Shown piece by piece: positions 28,401 to 41,763 of a stretch of 64,000 bases of DNA (the first letter of the stretch is position 1; the number at the start of each line of letters is the position of its first letter). The notes under the pieces are model-generated. The model was not told the DNA's origin. It saw only the letters and a list, made by a program, of their open reading frames with translations, and did no database searches. This DNA is from Antedon mediterranea. Lineage: Eukaryota > Animalia > Echinodermata. Location of the stretch: assembly GCF_964355755.1 (NCBI RefSeq), contig NC_092677.1:23547175-23611174 (forward strand), in the 5' to 3' direction. A program made the translations under genes and the position numbers.

Positions 28401-29194
28401 TAATATGTTACAATCTATATATAAATTATGGTTAATTCTGACATAGGCAAGCACAATGGCAGAATTTTACATTACTATAATATAATTGAGATTGATGATA
28501 CATATACATTTCATATTCAAAATAGTGTATAACATAATACAGTATTTTGCTTTCCATTCATCTAATAAATTTATACCAAATCAAACTTTGTAATTAATAG
28601 AGGGCTCACTACTGAACATAAACTGCATGGAGGAAATAATAATATGCTTTAACAGTACTCGCATACTTTCCCTACATGTTTCAGTCTATTTTAAGCTCAT
28701 AAATTATATTTTACAAAAATAAATCCTATTGCGATAATTTTGTTTGTTTTTAAATGGTTATGTGAAAAAATATGTATACGATACGATAAATAAACAAACA
28801 AAAACAAAAAAATATTACTATAATTATAATTAGAAAAATAGAAACATTAAGCGGATGGATGATATGAAATATCTATGTTAAAATATTGTATTTCTTTGCT
28901 ATGTATATTGATACTTTATCTGCTGAGGGGAAAAATTTAATTCACATATGAAAAATTTTAATTGGCAAACACTAGAGAGAGAATTGATTATTCTGACAAT
29001 AAACGTGTTTCTCGCACATTGTTCGCGAATTTTGCATACTCCATGATGTTCAATATTTTCGTTCCCAAATGGAACTATCGCTGGTCTATGATGTTATGTT
29101 TTATATTATTATGCCTATCCCCACCGGCATACAGTATGACCGGTTGGGCCGCCGACCAGTGCGTCTTTTATGACATTTCACATAGTCTAGTGTA

Positions 29195-29768
29195 CTGTAT
29201 TATTCCTAATAAACGCCCCACCCCTAATAATAAACGCCCCCCCCCCCCCCTTTATTTATTTTTTCTAATTAACACACCTAAGTGCCCAATCTATATAAAC
29301 AGAGGATTCCCACGTTTAGAATTGGTTTCAGCTCGGAAAGTCACATTTTTCAGCGACTGTGATAACGATGTACGATAAAAGCGTGACAAAACATGTACGA
29401 AAAACACGCTGTTTCTGTTGTGAAGGACAACGAAGAACGGTGCATCGTTGGCCATTTGCCACAAGAGCAATCCAAGATTTTAATTTTTTTTTTAAACATA
29501 AAGGCGAAGTAAAAGTAAAAATTACAGCTAAACGCAGGCACAGTAGCATAGCAGGGGGTTTGGAGGTACCCTGTGAACTTATTTGTTGCACACCCAAAAA
29601 AACATTGATTGACCGTCTGAAGCAACCTGTTTAGGGTAGCCTAGGTAGGCCTCGTATAGGCCTAGGCTCTATTTATGATTTTTACATTTCACCCCTAACA
29701 AACACCCCCCCCCCCCCACCTTTTTAAAAAATGCAACGCCCCGGGGGCGTTTATTAGGAACAATACGG
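29195..29768 (+). mobile_element. TA-flanked TIR element carrying a frameshifted HIRAN-like domain
   Basis: TIRs C(T/C)GTATT(A/G)TTCCTAATAAACGCCCC with TA TSD; internal YEKHAVSVVK...IVGHLPQEQSKIL / FKHKGEVKVKITAKRR...GGLEVPC. Confidence 0.75.
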
Positions 29769-30344
29769 TATGTAGTACACAAGTTCATCATGGTCTTTAG
29801 GTTTATTGTATTATAAAAATAAATAATATATAATACTACAATTTTGTTGGCTTAAACCTCTATAACAACACAAAGGAAAGTAGTTTATTGTAATTTTAAT
29901 AATTTAATTGTTTTTAATCTTTCAAGTTAAAAATTCAGTGCACTCCATATGATAATATTTTTCTCGTGTATACCACGTGAAGTCATGTCTTTCATTCAGG
30001 CTAATAAAGTATTGACATTCTTCAAATGAGGTTTATAAATATTATTTTGTATTTACTAATCATTTAAAATCATATTTTATTGAATTTACTTAACTACACC
30101 GTCGTGACACACACAATTTATCATGTCCAAAAAACAGAAGGTGCAATTCATTCAGTCAGTCTTTGGGAAAAATACTTTTGCCACCCGGAAGTTTGGAACA
30201 GGTGTGCAAGACACTTTACATATGATCGAATGTGAACACCATAAAATGCATTTTTTTTCTGGGCTTCCCCCCGTGTATTTGCTCTTTACGATCATATGTG
30301 CCCCCGCAAAAATAATCCTGGATCTGCCCCTGCCTATACCCATT

Positions 30345-30645
30345 AGGGCCTAACTAGGCCTACCTTCTACTTATTTAGACTACCTGTAACCTAGCTAGGC
30401 CTAGTACTAGGCTAGTTTAAGTTAGTTACTAGTAGTAGTAGGCTAGTAGTACTACACTAGATAGAGGCCTAGGCCGGCCATTCTAGTCTAGCTAGCTCCT
30501 CTAAGTAGTAGGTCAGGCAGAGTAGGCCTAGGCCCTAGCCTATAGGTAGGGCCAGGCTAGTTAGTTAGTAATAGCTAGACTAGTAGGCCGCCGGCCGGGC
30601 TAGGCCTAGGCCTAGGCCTAGTTTAGGCCCTAGCTAGGCCTAGTA
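30345..30645. repeat. Low-complexity CTAG/AGGCCT palindrome-rich tract
   Basis: Dense TAGGCCTA and CTAG motifs. Confidence 0.8.
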
Positions 30646-31619
30646 AATATCATGCTATATTAAACAACTATAAATTAGGTTGCATCACTTCACAATATAC
30701 CTTTCCAAGCTTACAATAACCATAAAGAGGAATTAGTTTAGTGCATTTAGCTGATAAATAATAATACAAATCAATGCAACAAAAACTAAAGAAAGGCAGA
30801 CGATCTCCCATGCACACGTGCACGCTCAGCTCCAATCTCAGTTTTGTTTACCAAAATAGAACCGTCCAAAATACTTAATTTCTCAAAAAGAAGATTGTAC
30901 TTTTAAATAATTTTAGTATACGTACAAAAAGAAACATAACTCACTATTAAAAACTAGACTATGCATAGGCCTAGGCCCAGTTGTTTAAAAAACATAAAAT
31001 CGGTATTTTAAATTCCTTACATTACATATAGTAAAATGGAATATTCTTAAGCGCAAACATTATAGAGGGCGTCAAATCATTTAAGCATATTTAGCCGAAA
31101 ATCATAATCAGAAAGGTCATTCCACAAACTTCTATAACTTATATAAATTCTACAATTCTCTAAAGAAAAAGAATTTCCTCTTACATTTATCCGATCCTTA
31201 GGCCTACATGATGAAATTTTAATCTATAAGCCTATATATGCCTACATATATAACTCGTTACAGACTCCATACCTTATATATTATTATTTTGCAAAACTAC
31301 ACCATATCAACACCAGCTCTATGACGACTATGCATTAATGTTGGTAATCTAATAAATTCAAACAAACTTTATATTATAATTTTTACGTAATCCTGGATTT
31401 AACCTAGTAGGTCTTTCTCAAGCAGATCCTGATCTTTCATAGGATAGGATTTTTAAGTGTACTGTATTACAATATTCACATTACACCAATAACATTACAT
31501 AAACTTCACTGGCTTAAATTAAACAATGAATTATATTCAAACTAATGTTAATTACATATAAATCATTTCATGACACATCACAACCATATTTCCACTTTAA
31601 TTATACGAAGATCCTAAAT

Positions 31620-31878
31620 GAAAGATCTCTTACGGTACTAGTACATCTGTTCACTGTTTATTCCACGTAGTCGCCGATTATCGAGCCTTTGCAGTTACAG
31701 CTCGTCAACTGTGGAACAATCTTCCTAATCCAATTTAAAATGCACCTTCTTTGAATTTTTCAAAAGCCTTTTAATAACCCATCTTTTTTGTTCTTTGTAG
31801 TTTCAGTCTGTTTTTCTCTCATCTTTATTTTTAAGCGTTTGGAACCATCTGTTGATTGTAAAAGCGCTATATAAATTT
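31620..31878 (+). mobile_element. 3' end of L2/CR1-group LINE (degenerate)
   Basis: RAFAVTARQLWNNLP...FKSLLITHLF with stop and frameshift, then an AAGCGCTATATAAAT tail. Confidence 0.7.
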
Positions 31879-33438
31879 GACAACATTAACAATATTCAAC
31901 ATAGGCTGAATCATGGCCTTTATACATTAAAAAACTATCTGCTTTATAGAATTTAAAGGACCGATTTATCATTACGCATTTATTAGGACTTTATTGTTCC
32001 TAGAAGAGTATAACTGTATCTACGATGATTGTGTCTCACAAACAGAAATGTTGAAACGACGCTGAAAAACATTAATTTAATATTAATAATAATATTTATT
32101 CGGCAAAAGTACGTTTTACATTTCATCTTGCCAGGAGCAAGTAATAGGCATGCGCCCAAACAGAAAACTGCTCTTACTCCATCATTATTATAAAATACAA
32201 AAATAACAAAAACCAAGTAGTACAAAATTAAAAACAAAACAAAGTTATAATGAAATACACCAATTAGGAATAAGCTGCATTGAATAAACAATATAAATAA
32301 TTTAATATTTTAAAATAAGAAATTTTTGGTGAGTTGGGCTTTAACGTCTGAAATTGTAGCACATTGTTTAATATCATTGGAAAGTTGCTTCCATAATCTA
32401 GGGAAAATTACTTCACAGCCAAAGAAAGCACAGTTGAATTTAAGGAATAGTTTTTATTGATGCCTTCTAATCTTACCATACTTCAAACTTTCGACAAAAT
32501 TGGGGGAAAGATATATTACAATTATTTCCATGAACAGTTGTACAGTAATTTTAGACTAGGGTTAAAAAAAAACTTGTTAAGACCAGGGAAAAGGAATTAT
32601 TAATTATTATCTAATTAATTCCTCCATGTTAAGACATCAGTCTGTAGTGTCTTATCTAAATCCTATATCTAAATACAATCATCGGTATAATAAAGCTTCC
32701 TCCGACATTAAACAAACGGATTCTATCAAAGTAAAATTGTTTATTATTAATTCCATCGGTTTTAGGAATAGTTTATGCTATAATTTTTGCGGCATTTCCT
32801 GTTAACAGTCGGATACAACTGCTTTATCAGTGAGATAGCAATACTGTAATTAACAACTCTATATGTTTATTTTCTTTTTGATTAAAATGTTTATATTTCA
32901 TTATTACTTAATGCAAAAGCCTACATTTTAATTCCAAAAAGCATTGATTTCTACATAATATTTTCAAGTGGTCATTATTGTTTAACTAATTTTAATTATT
33001 GATTTAAAAAAACTTACAATTAAAAGTTAATAATTCGGGTAGACACTAAAGAAAACACATCAGTAGTATTATTGAATGTCGATCGATAAAAATAAATATT
33101 TCTTTAAAAAAATGTAATTAATGTAACATTATAATTTTTCTAGAAATCAATAGAAAGATTGTGAACTGAACATTTTATTCCAATCCGTGCAGAGAGTATT
33201 AAGGAATAAAAATGTTAATTGTACTCACATTTAATGGGAGTCAATAATAAGTACAATTATACATTTAAAACACTGAGTAAAAAAGAAACAAACAAATGGA
33301 TTATGATACTGTACCTACAAAAATAAATTTATTTAATAAAAAGAACTTGTTAAAAATATACTATTATTTACATGACGTCATTCAGGCAGGTTGTACAATG
33401 TTTACGTTAGACTATGAACAATAAAACGTTCTCAATGT

Positions 33439-34199
33439 TTAATCAGCAAGTTCATGAGTATGTAAAAATAAGTTGTTATTATAAGACACGTGATTAGATG
33501 CTGACTGGAGTTCGATAGTCGTTTGATAACTGGTGACGTCTGTCCAGTAGTCTGGTGAGATGCTTAAGAAGTTGTAGTTGAAGACCTCACTCAATTCTTC
33601 AACATTTTTGTCGGAATGTTCTACATCTTCGTGTGTTTCTGATTCGTGTATCATGGCTGTAAAACAAAATAGGTTAAAATAACTTAAAGATGGCTCGTAC
33701 AAGTAAGCGTTGTTCTTAATATAAAAATGAAGAGATTCTAATTAATTATTAAAGAAACAAAGAGGATATATATTTGTTTATAAATGTTTTTCTTAATTTT
33801 AAAATACATAAGTATATTTGATATTTAATTTATACTTATGAGAAACAAGCAACAGTACTTACATGGACATTCCATTTGAAGCTCACGTAATAAATCGACA
33901 TCACTGTCGTCATTGGTCTCACAGTCGCTATCACTGGTATAGTCGTCATCGCTGACCTCACATTCGTCACATGTCATCAGCACATCGGGAGACTCACACA
34001 CTGACGTTATTGAATCACTTGGTAGATGTGGAAAGTATATTCTGAGATCGGAATCCATCTCAGTTTGTAGAAGATCTTCTCTTGATAAATACGGTAGTGG
34101 ACTGTCATCTTCTTCGATGTCATCATGGAAGGTTGTAGAATACATTTCATACCACGGGAGTCTGTTATAGTCACCAATTGAAGATGTTCCAGGATTCAT
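33439..34199 (-). CDS. Two-exon acidic orphan protein, copy 1 (184 aa); exons 34199-33863 and 33656-33439
   Basis: GTAAGT donor and ttttacAG acceptor join the two ORFs in frame (T|CC); the same phase is kept in all copies. Confidence 0.8.
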
Positions 34200-34269
34200 T
34201 GTAGTATTACGGATTAATTGCAGAATACGTAAAACTTGATGTAATTAAGCAGATCGTTGGTTCAGATAT

Positions 34270-34495
34270 TTAGGTTATAGCAGTTGAATGTCTATTGAGA
34301 AATTGATGATAATTCCACAAATCACTTGTTTTTATCACGTGGGTTTACTTTTCCTATTGTTTTAATTATTATTTGTTAGCCAATCAAAATGTGTGAAAAT
34401 TCGCGGTTCCGTCGTAAATCGGTGGCGGAATGACGTTTGATGATTGATAACGCCGCTTTAACAATAGAGACATTATTTAAAACTATAAATACGAG
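34270..34495. promoter_or_regulatory. Conserved promoter block of the array gene (repeated in each unit)
   Basis: Minus-strand TATAA 34275-34279, E-box CACGTG 34336-34341, CCAAT 34380-34384, TTCGCGG 34400-34406, TGACGT 34431-34436, plus-strand TATAAATA 34484-34491. Confidence 0.6.
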
Positions 34496-35053
34496 CTAAT
34501 TATTATATCAAAAAATTAAGATTAAAATAATTAGAAACGTCATAATATTTTAATCCTATACAATATGATGGAATAAGTAAAAACTGTTGAATATATTTAG
34601 GTATATTTTTAAAATAAAATTTGATAAAATAATTTTTGTTCTTCCATTACTTGAAATCAGTTTAAATGAAATATTTTGAATACATTAACTTTATATCTTC
34701 GATTAAATCTTAAAAATTTGCGAAATTATAGGCCTACAATGTTATTATTAAGAAGCTATATCTGATGCAGCCCATATCAGTTATAAGTTAAATTATCTTT
34801 TAAAAAATGCAATTAATTTAAAACTATTATATTTAAAAAAAAATAATAGTGAAGATTGAACTAGTTTAGTGTTTATTCACCCTAAGTTCTTATAGAACTA
34901 AAATAAATGTACAAGCTCTTAATTTGAGTTCATTTAAGTAGCAAGAATATACAGTATAATAGGTTCACAGTAACTAAAGTAATTGTTTGAACCGTTTAAG
35001 CCTATTAAAATTGAAAAAAACTTTGGGCAATTAAAACATTCGTAGTTCGTGAA

Positions 35054-35126
35054 GCCCGGTTAGCTCAGTTGGTAGAGCATCAGACTTTTAATCTGAGGGT
35101 CAAGGGTTCAAGTCCCTTATTGGGCG
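35054..35126 (+). tRNA. tRNA-Lys(UUU)
   Basis: 73-nt cloverleaf, anticodon TTT, intact A and B boxes, downstream T5 terminator; close to the canonical metazoan Lys-TTT sequence. Confidence 0.93.
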
Positions 35127-36448
35127 TAATGTTTTTGACATTTTATTATCTTTTTTAGTACTTAAAAACAACTTATGAATCACAGAACTTTCTGTTATGT
35201 CGCTCAGTTAGAGGATCAAACCTTTGTCTTCTATTAATCTAAATAAGTACATCGATTTAAATATTTTTTGAAACATTATAATTATGTCTTTAGGTTAAAA
35301 TATTTGGAAAATCATACAATGTTACACGCAGCCCGTTTGTTTAAGTTGATATAACCTGTTTACTATCCTATAATATTAGAAATACTCTGAAATATAATCT
35401 TTTAAGTACATTCATGATTACTTGTACATTCATTTAAAACTCTATATATGTTTGTTTTTTTTTAAATTTTACCCATTGTATTTTTTAACTACATGTTCTT
35501 TCCACTTTTATTTCCTTTCTTGCAGTATAAAAATATGTTAATTATTGGTTGTATGTTCGTTGCTACTCTGTATTTCTCTATAACTTGTAGAAATAACTGT
35601 TTAATATTTGTTTTTTAATTTGGTTACCCTACTAAATATAATGTGTTACCAGGAAAGAGTGTTCACTCATCCCTGGTGTTACTATGTCAGTACCAATAAA
35701 TGAAATCAATTCGTTTCTTTCTTGCCGTCGTACTTTGAAAAGTATACTGTATTTTTCTATTGCTGTATTTAGAATTAAAAACCAATGGGCAATTTAAAAC
35801 GAATGGCTTATGTAGTCAACGGGAACCACGGCCGGTTACACACCCACAGTATTATTGTGTTCACATCACAATATCAATACAATTCAATCGGAAACGCCTT
35901 TCTTTTATGAAATATACAACTGGAATATCTATGCTATTACTGTTATTTTGGGCGTTATAAGTAACAAATGATTGATAGAAGTTATTGCTGTACATTATAA
36001 ATTACGCAATTTAAAAAAAAATGTAGGCCTATTTGGTACAAATGTTTCTTTTTCAAAATGCAGTTAATTTAACATTATAATTGTTCTAGAAATCATTAGA
36101 AAGATTGTGATTGAAAATTTTATTCCAATCCATGCAGAGTGTATTAAAGAATATATATGGTAATTGTACTCACATTTAATGGGAGTCAAAATAATATGCG
36201 AAAATACATGACACGAACGAATCTACCATTTATTCTCCCTAAGAGTTATCTAAGTACAATTATACCTTTAAAACGCAGAGTAAAAAAGAAACCAAACAAA
36301 CGAATTATGATAGGTAATAACATAAATTTATTAAATATAAATCACTGGTTAAAACTATAATTTATATACTATTATTTACATGACGTCATTCAGGTCGTAC
36401 AATGTTTACGTTAGCCTATGAACTATTAAAAACGTTCTCAAAGTTTAA

Positions 36449-37181
36449 TCAGCAAGTTCTGTGAGTATGTAAAAATAAGTTGTTATTATAAGACACGTGA
36501 TTAGATGCTGGCTGGAGTTTGGTAGTCAGTTGATAGCTGGTGACGACGTCTGTCCAGTAGTCTGGTGAGATGCTTGAGAAGTTGTAGTTGAAGACCTCAC
36601 TCCATTCCATTTCTTTATCATTGTTCTTTGTACCTTCTTCGTTTTGTGTGATGGATTCAGATTCGTCTAACATGGCTGTAAAAGATAATCAAATTATTTA
36701 ATATAAATATATAAAAATGTAACGACAACGTGATTAAAAGAATTTTATGAAAGACATTATTACATTATAATAATGTTCGTCCTTCTATTAGTATTTTAAA
36801 CTTTAGAGAAACTTTTAGTATGATAAATACACAACAGTACTTACAAGGACATCCCATTTGAAGCTCACGTAATAAATCGGCATCACTGTCGTCACTGGTC
36901 TCACAGTCGCTATCACTGGCATAGTCGTCATCGCTGACCTCACATTCGTCACATGTCATTAACACATCGGGAGACTCACACACTGGCGTTGTAGAATCAC
37001 TTGGTAGATGTGGAAAGTAGATTCTGAGATTTGAATCCATTTCAGTTTGTAGAAGATCTTCTCTTGACAAATACGGTAGTGGACTGTCATCTTCTTCGAT
37101 GTCATCATGGAAGGTTGTAGAATACATTTCATACCACGGGAGTCTGTTATAGTCACCAATTGAAGATGTTCCAGGATTCAT
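36449..37181 (-). CDS. Acidic orphan protein, copy 2 (187 aa); exons 37181-36845 and 36675-36449
   Basis: Canonical GT-AG intron, in-frame join. Confidence 0.8.
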
Positions 37182-37731
37182 TGTAGTATTACGGATTAAT
37201 CGCAGAATACGTAAAACTTGACGTAATTAAGCAGATCGTTGGTTCAGATATTTACGTTATAGCAGTTGAATGTCTATTGAGAAATTGATGACAATTCTAC
37301 AAATCACTTGTTTTTATCACGTGGGTTTACTTTCCCTATTGTTTTAATTATTATACGTTAGCCAATCAAAATGTGTGAAAATTCGCGGTTCCGTCGTAAA
37401 TCGTTTGATGATTGATAACGCCGCTTTAACAATAGAGACATTATTTAAAACTATAAATACGAGCTAATTATTATATCAAAAAATTAAGATTAAAATAATT
37501 AGAAACGTCATAATATTTTAATCCTATACAATATGATGGAATAAGTAAAAACTGTTGAATATATTTAGGCCTATTTTTAAAATAAAATTTTATAAAATAA
37601 TTTTTGTTCTTGCATTACTTGAAATCAGTTTAAATGAAATATTTTGAATACATTAACTTTATATCTTAGGTTAAATCTTGAAAATTTGCGAAATTATAGG
37701 CCCACAATGTTATTATGAAGCTATATCTGAT

Positions 37732-37762
37732 CATATAGAGATATTACTATAATATCTCTATG
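37732..37762. mobile_element. 31-bp palindromic insertion with 7-bp TSD (ATCTGAT); duplicated at 41036-41066
   Basis: Absent from units 1, 4 and 5, which have a single ATCTGAT (empty site). Confidence 0.85.
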
Positions 37763-38054
37763 ATCTGATGCAGCCCATATCAGTTATAAGTTAAATTATC
37801 TTTTAAAAAATGCAATTAATTTAACACTATTATATTTTCTAAAAAAATAATAGTAAAGATTGAACTAGTTTAGTGTTTATTCACCCTAAGTTCTTATAGA
37901 ACTAAAATAAATGTACAAGCTCTTAATTTGAGTACATTTAAGTAGCAAGAATATACAATATAATAGGTTCACAGTAACTAAAGTAATTGTTTGAACCATT
38001 TAAGCCTATTAAAATTTAAAAAAACTTTGGGCAATGAAAACATTCGTAGTTCAT

Positions 38055-38106
38055 GAGCATCAGACTTTTAATCTGAGGGTCAAGGGTTCAAGTCCCTTAT
38101 TGGTCG
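38055..38106 (+). pseudogene. 5'-truncated tRNA-Lys(UUU)
   Basis: Lacks the first ~21 nt including the A box; also has an acceptor-stem mutation. Confidence 0.85.
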
Positions 38107-38208
38107 TATTCGTTTTTTGCTTCCAGTATCTTTCATGTCAATTTTATACTTTAGGCCAATTGAGATAAAAAACAACTTCTAAGAATGAGAACAAGGTATT
38201 TTTATGAA

Positions 38209-38281
38209 GCCCGGTTAGCTCAGTTGGTAGAGCATCAGACTTTTAATCTGAGGGACAAGGGTTTAAGTCCCGTATTGGGCG
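38209..38281 (+). pseudogene. tRNA-Lys(UUU) with mutated B box and T stem (probable pseudogene)
   Basis: GTTTAAG replaces GTTCAAG; T-stem mismatch. Confidence 0.75.
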
Positions 38282-38385
38282 TATTTGTTTTTTGCTTCCA
38301 TTATCTTTGAAGTCAATTTTATACTTTAGGCCAATTGAAATTTAAAAAAAAACGTCTAAGAATGAGAACAAGGTATTTATATGAA

Positions 38386-38457
38386 GCCCGGTTAGCTCAG
38401 TTGGTAGAGCATCAGACTTTAATCTGAGGGTCAAGGGTTCAAGTCCCTTATTGGGCG
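38386..38457 (+). tRNA. tRNA-Lys with a 1-nt deletion in the anticodon loop (pseudogene or homopolymer error)
   Basis: 72 nt, loop CTTTAA; the sister copy at 41691 is intact. Confidence 0.6.
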
Positions 38458-39752
38458 TAATATTTTTTTCCATTTTATTATCTTTTTTAGTACTTAAAAA
38501 CAACTTATGAATCACAGAACTTTCTGTTATGTCTCTCAGTTAGAGGATCACACCTTTATCTTCTATTAATCTAAATAAGTACATCGATTTAAATATTTTT
38601 TGAAACATTATAATTATGTCTTTAGGTTACAATATTTGGGAAATCATACAATGTTACACGCAGCCCGTTTGTTTAAGTTGATATAACCTGTTTACTATCC
38701 TATAATATTAGAAATACTCTGAAATATAATCTTAATCTTCATTTAAAACTCTATATATGTTTGTTTTTTTTAATTTTACCCATTATATTTTTTAACTACA
38801 TGTGTTTCTTTCCTCTTTTATTTCCTTTCTTGCAGTATAAAAATATGTTAATTATTGGTTGTATGTTCGTTGCTACTCTGTATTTCTCTATAACTTGTAG
38901 AAATAACTGTTTAATATTTGTTTTTTATTTGGTTACCCTACTAAATATAATGTGTTACCAGGAAAGAGAGTTCACTCATCCCTGGTGTAACTATGTGAGT
39001 ACCAATAAATTAAATCAATTCGTTTCTTTCTTGCCGTGGTACTTTGAAAAGTATACTGTATTTTTCTATTGCTGTATTTAGAATTAAAAACCAATGGGCA
39101 ATTTAAAACGAATGGCTTATATAGTCAACGGGAACCACGGCCGGTTACACACCCACAGTATTATTGTGTTCACATCACAATATCAATTCAATCGGAAACG
39201 CCTTTCTTTTATGAAATATACAACTGGAATATCTTTGCTATTACTGGTATTTTGGGCGTTATAAGTAACAAATGATTGATAGAAGTTATTGCTGTACATT
39301 ATAAATTACGCAATTTAAAAAAAAATGTAGGCCTATTTGGTACAAATGTTTCTTTTTCAAAATGCAGTTAATTTAACATTATAATTGTTCTAGAAATCAT
39401 TAGAAAGATTGTGATTGAAAATTTTATTCCAATCCATGCAGAGTGTATTAAAGAATATATATGGTAATTGTACTCACATTTAATGGGAGTCAAAATAATA
39501 TGCGAAAATACATGACACGAACGAATCTACCATTTATTCTCCCTAAGAGTTATCTAAGTACAATTATACCTTTAAAACGCAGAGTAAAAAAGAAACAAAA
39601 CAAACGAATTATGATAGGTAATAACATAAATTTATTAAATAAAAATCACTGGTTAAAACTATAATTTATATACTATTATTTACATGACGTCATTCAGGTC
39701 GTACAATGTTTACGTTAGCCTATGAACTATTAAAAACGTTCTCAAAGTTTAA

Positions 39753-40485
39753 TCAGCAAGTTCTGTGAGTATGTAAAAATAAGTTGTTATTATAAGACAC
39801 GTGATTAGATGCTGGCTGGAGTTTGGTAGTCAGTTGATAGCTGGTGACGACGTCTGTCCAGTAGTCTGGTGAGATGCTTGAGAAGTTGTAGTTGAAGACC
39901 TCACTCCATTCCATTTCTTTATCATTGTTCTTTGTACCTTCTTCGTTTTGTGTGATGGATTCAGATTCGTCTAACATGGCTGTAAAAGATAATCAAATTA
40001 TTTAATATAAATATATAAAAATGTAACGACAACGTGATTAAAAGAATTTTATGAAAGACATTATTACATTATAATAATGTTCGTCCTTCTATTAGTATTT
40101 TAAACTTTAGAGAAACTTTTAGTATGATAAATACACAACAGTACTTACAAGGACATCCCATTTGAAGCTCACGTAATAAATCGGCATCACTGTCGTCACT
40201 GGTCTCACAGTCGCTATCACTGGCATAGTCGTCATCGCTGACCTCACATTCGTCACATGTCATTAACACATCGGGAGACTCACACACTGGCGTTGTAGAA
40301 TCACTTGGTAGATGTGGAAAGTAGATTCTGAGATTTGAATCCATTTCAGTTTGTAGAAGATCTTCTCTTGACAAATACGGTAGTGGACTGTCATCTTCTT
40401 CGATGTCATCATGGAAGGTTGTAGAATACATTTCATACCACGGGAGTCTGTTATAGTCACCAATTGAAGATGTTCCAGGATTCAT
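39753..40485 (-). CDS. Acidic orphan protein, copy 3 (187 aa); exons 40485-40149 and 39979-39753
   Basis: Protein identical to copy 2. Confidence 0.8.
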
Positions 40486-41358
40486 TGTAGTATTACGGAT
40501 TAATCGCAGAATACGTAAAACTTGACATAATTAAGCAGATCGTTGGTTCAGATATTTACGTTATAGCAGTTGAATGTCTATTGAGAAATTGATGACAATT
40601 CTACAAATCACTTGTTTTTATCACGTGGGTTTACTTTCCCTATTGTTTTAATTATTATACGTTAGCCAATCAAAATGTGTGAAAATTCGCGGTTCCGTCG
40701 TAAATCGTTTGATGATTGATAACGCCGCTTTAACAATAGAGACATTATTTAAAACTATAAATACGAGCTAATTATTATATCAAAAAATTAAGATTAAAAT
40801 AATTAGAAACGTCATAATATTTTAATCCTATACAATATGATGGAATAAGTAAAAACTGTTGAATATATTTAGGCCTATTTTTAAAATAAAATTTTATAAA
40901 ATAATTTTTGTTCTTGCATTACTTGAAATCAGTTTAAATGAAATATTTTGAATACATTAACTTTATATCTTAGGTTAAATCTTGAAAATTTGCGAAATTA
41001 TAGGCCCACAATGTTATTATGAAGCTATATCTGATCATATAGAGATATTACTATAATATCTCTATGATCTGATGCAGCCCATATCAGTTATAAGTTAAAT
41101 TATCTTTTAAAAAATGCAATTAATTTAACACTATTATATTTTCTAAAAAAATAATAGTAAAGATTGAACTAGTTTAGTGTTTATTCACCCTAAGTTCTTA
41201 TAGAACTAAAATAAATGTACAAGCTCTTAATTTGAGTACATTTAAGTAGCAAGAATATACAATATAATAGGTTCACAGTAACTAAAGTAATTGTTTGAAC
41301 CATTTAAGCCTATTAAAATTTAAAAAAACTTTGGGCAATGAAAACATTCGTAGTTCAT

Positions 41359-41410
41359 GAGCATCAGACTTTTAATCTGAGGGTCAAGGGTTCAAGTCCC
41401 TTATTGGTCG
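41359..41410 (+). pseudogene. 5'-truncated tRNA-Lys(UUU)
   Basis: Same lesion as 38055. Confidence 0.85.
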
Positions 41411-41512
41411 TATTCGTTTTTTGCTTCCAGTATCTTTCATGTCAATTTTATACTTTAGGCCAATTGAGATAAAAAACAACTTCTAAGAATGAGAACAAGG
41501 TATTTTTATGAA

Positions 41513-41585
41513 GCCCGGTTAGCTCAGTTGGTAGAGCATCAGACTTTTAATCTGAGGGACAAGGGTTTAAGTCCCGTATTGGGCG
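41513..41585 (+). pseudogene. tRNA-Lys(UUU) with mutated B box
   Basis: Same as 38209. Confidence 0.75.
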
Positions 41586-41690
41586 TATTTGTTTTTTGCT
41601 TCCATTATCTTTGAAGTCAATTTTATACTTTAGGCCAATTGAAATTTAAAAAAAAAACGTCTAAGAATGAGAACAAGGTATTTATATGAA

Positions 41691-41763
41691 GCCCGGTTAG
41701 CTCAGTTGGTAGAGCATCAGACTTTTAATCTGAGGGTCAAGGGTTCAAGTCCCTTATTGGGCG
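41691..41763 (+). tRNA. tRNA-Lys(UUU)
   Basis: Intact 73-nt copy with T-run terminator. Confidence 0.93.

Noticed and set aside
33825-33862. CPCKYCC as an E7/E1A-like zinc finger
   Set aside because: These residues are read-through into the intron (GTAAGT donor); downstream sequence differs among copies.
35450-36360. Plus-strand ORFs in each unit (66-106 aa) and a strong-looking acceptor at ~35525
   Set aside because: Mostly non-ATG starts, frames broken between units and AT-rich composition; no consistent gene model.
38386-38457. Possible ochre-suppressor (UUA) tRNA
   Set aside because: The 6-nt loop comes from one missing T in a homopolymer and the near-identical sister copy is normal; an error or pseudogene is more likely.
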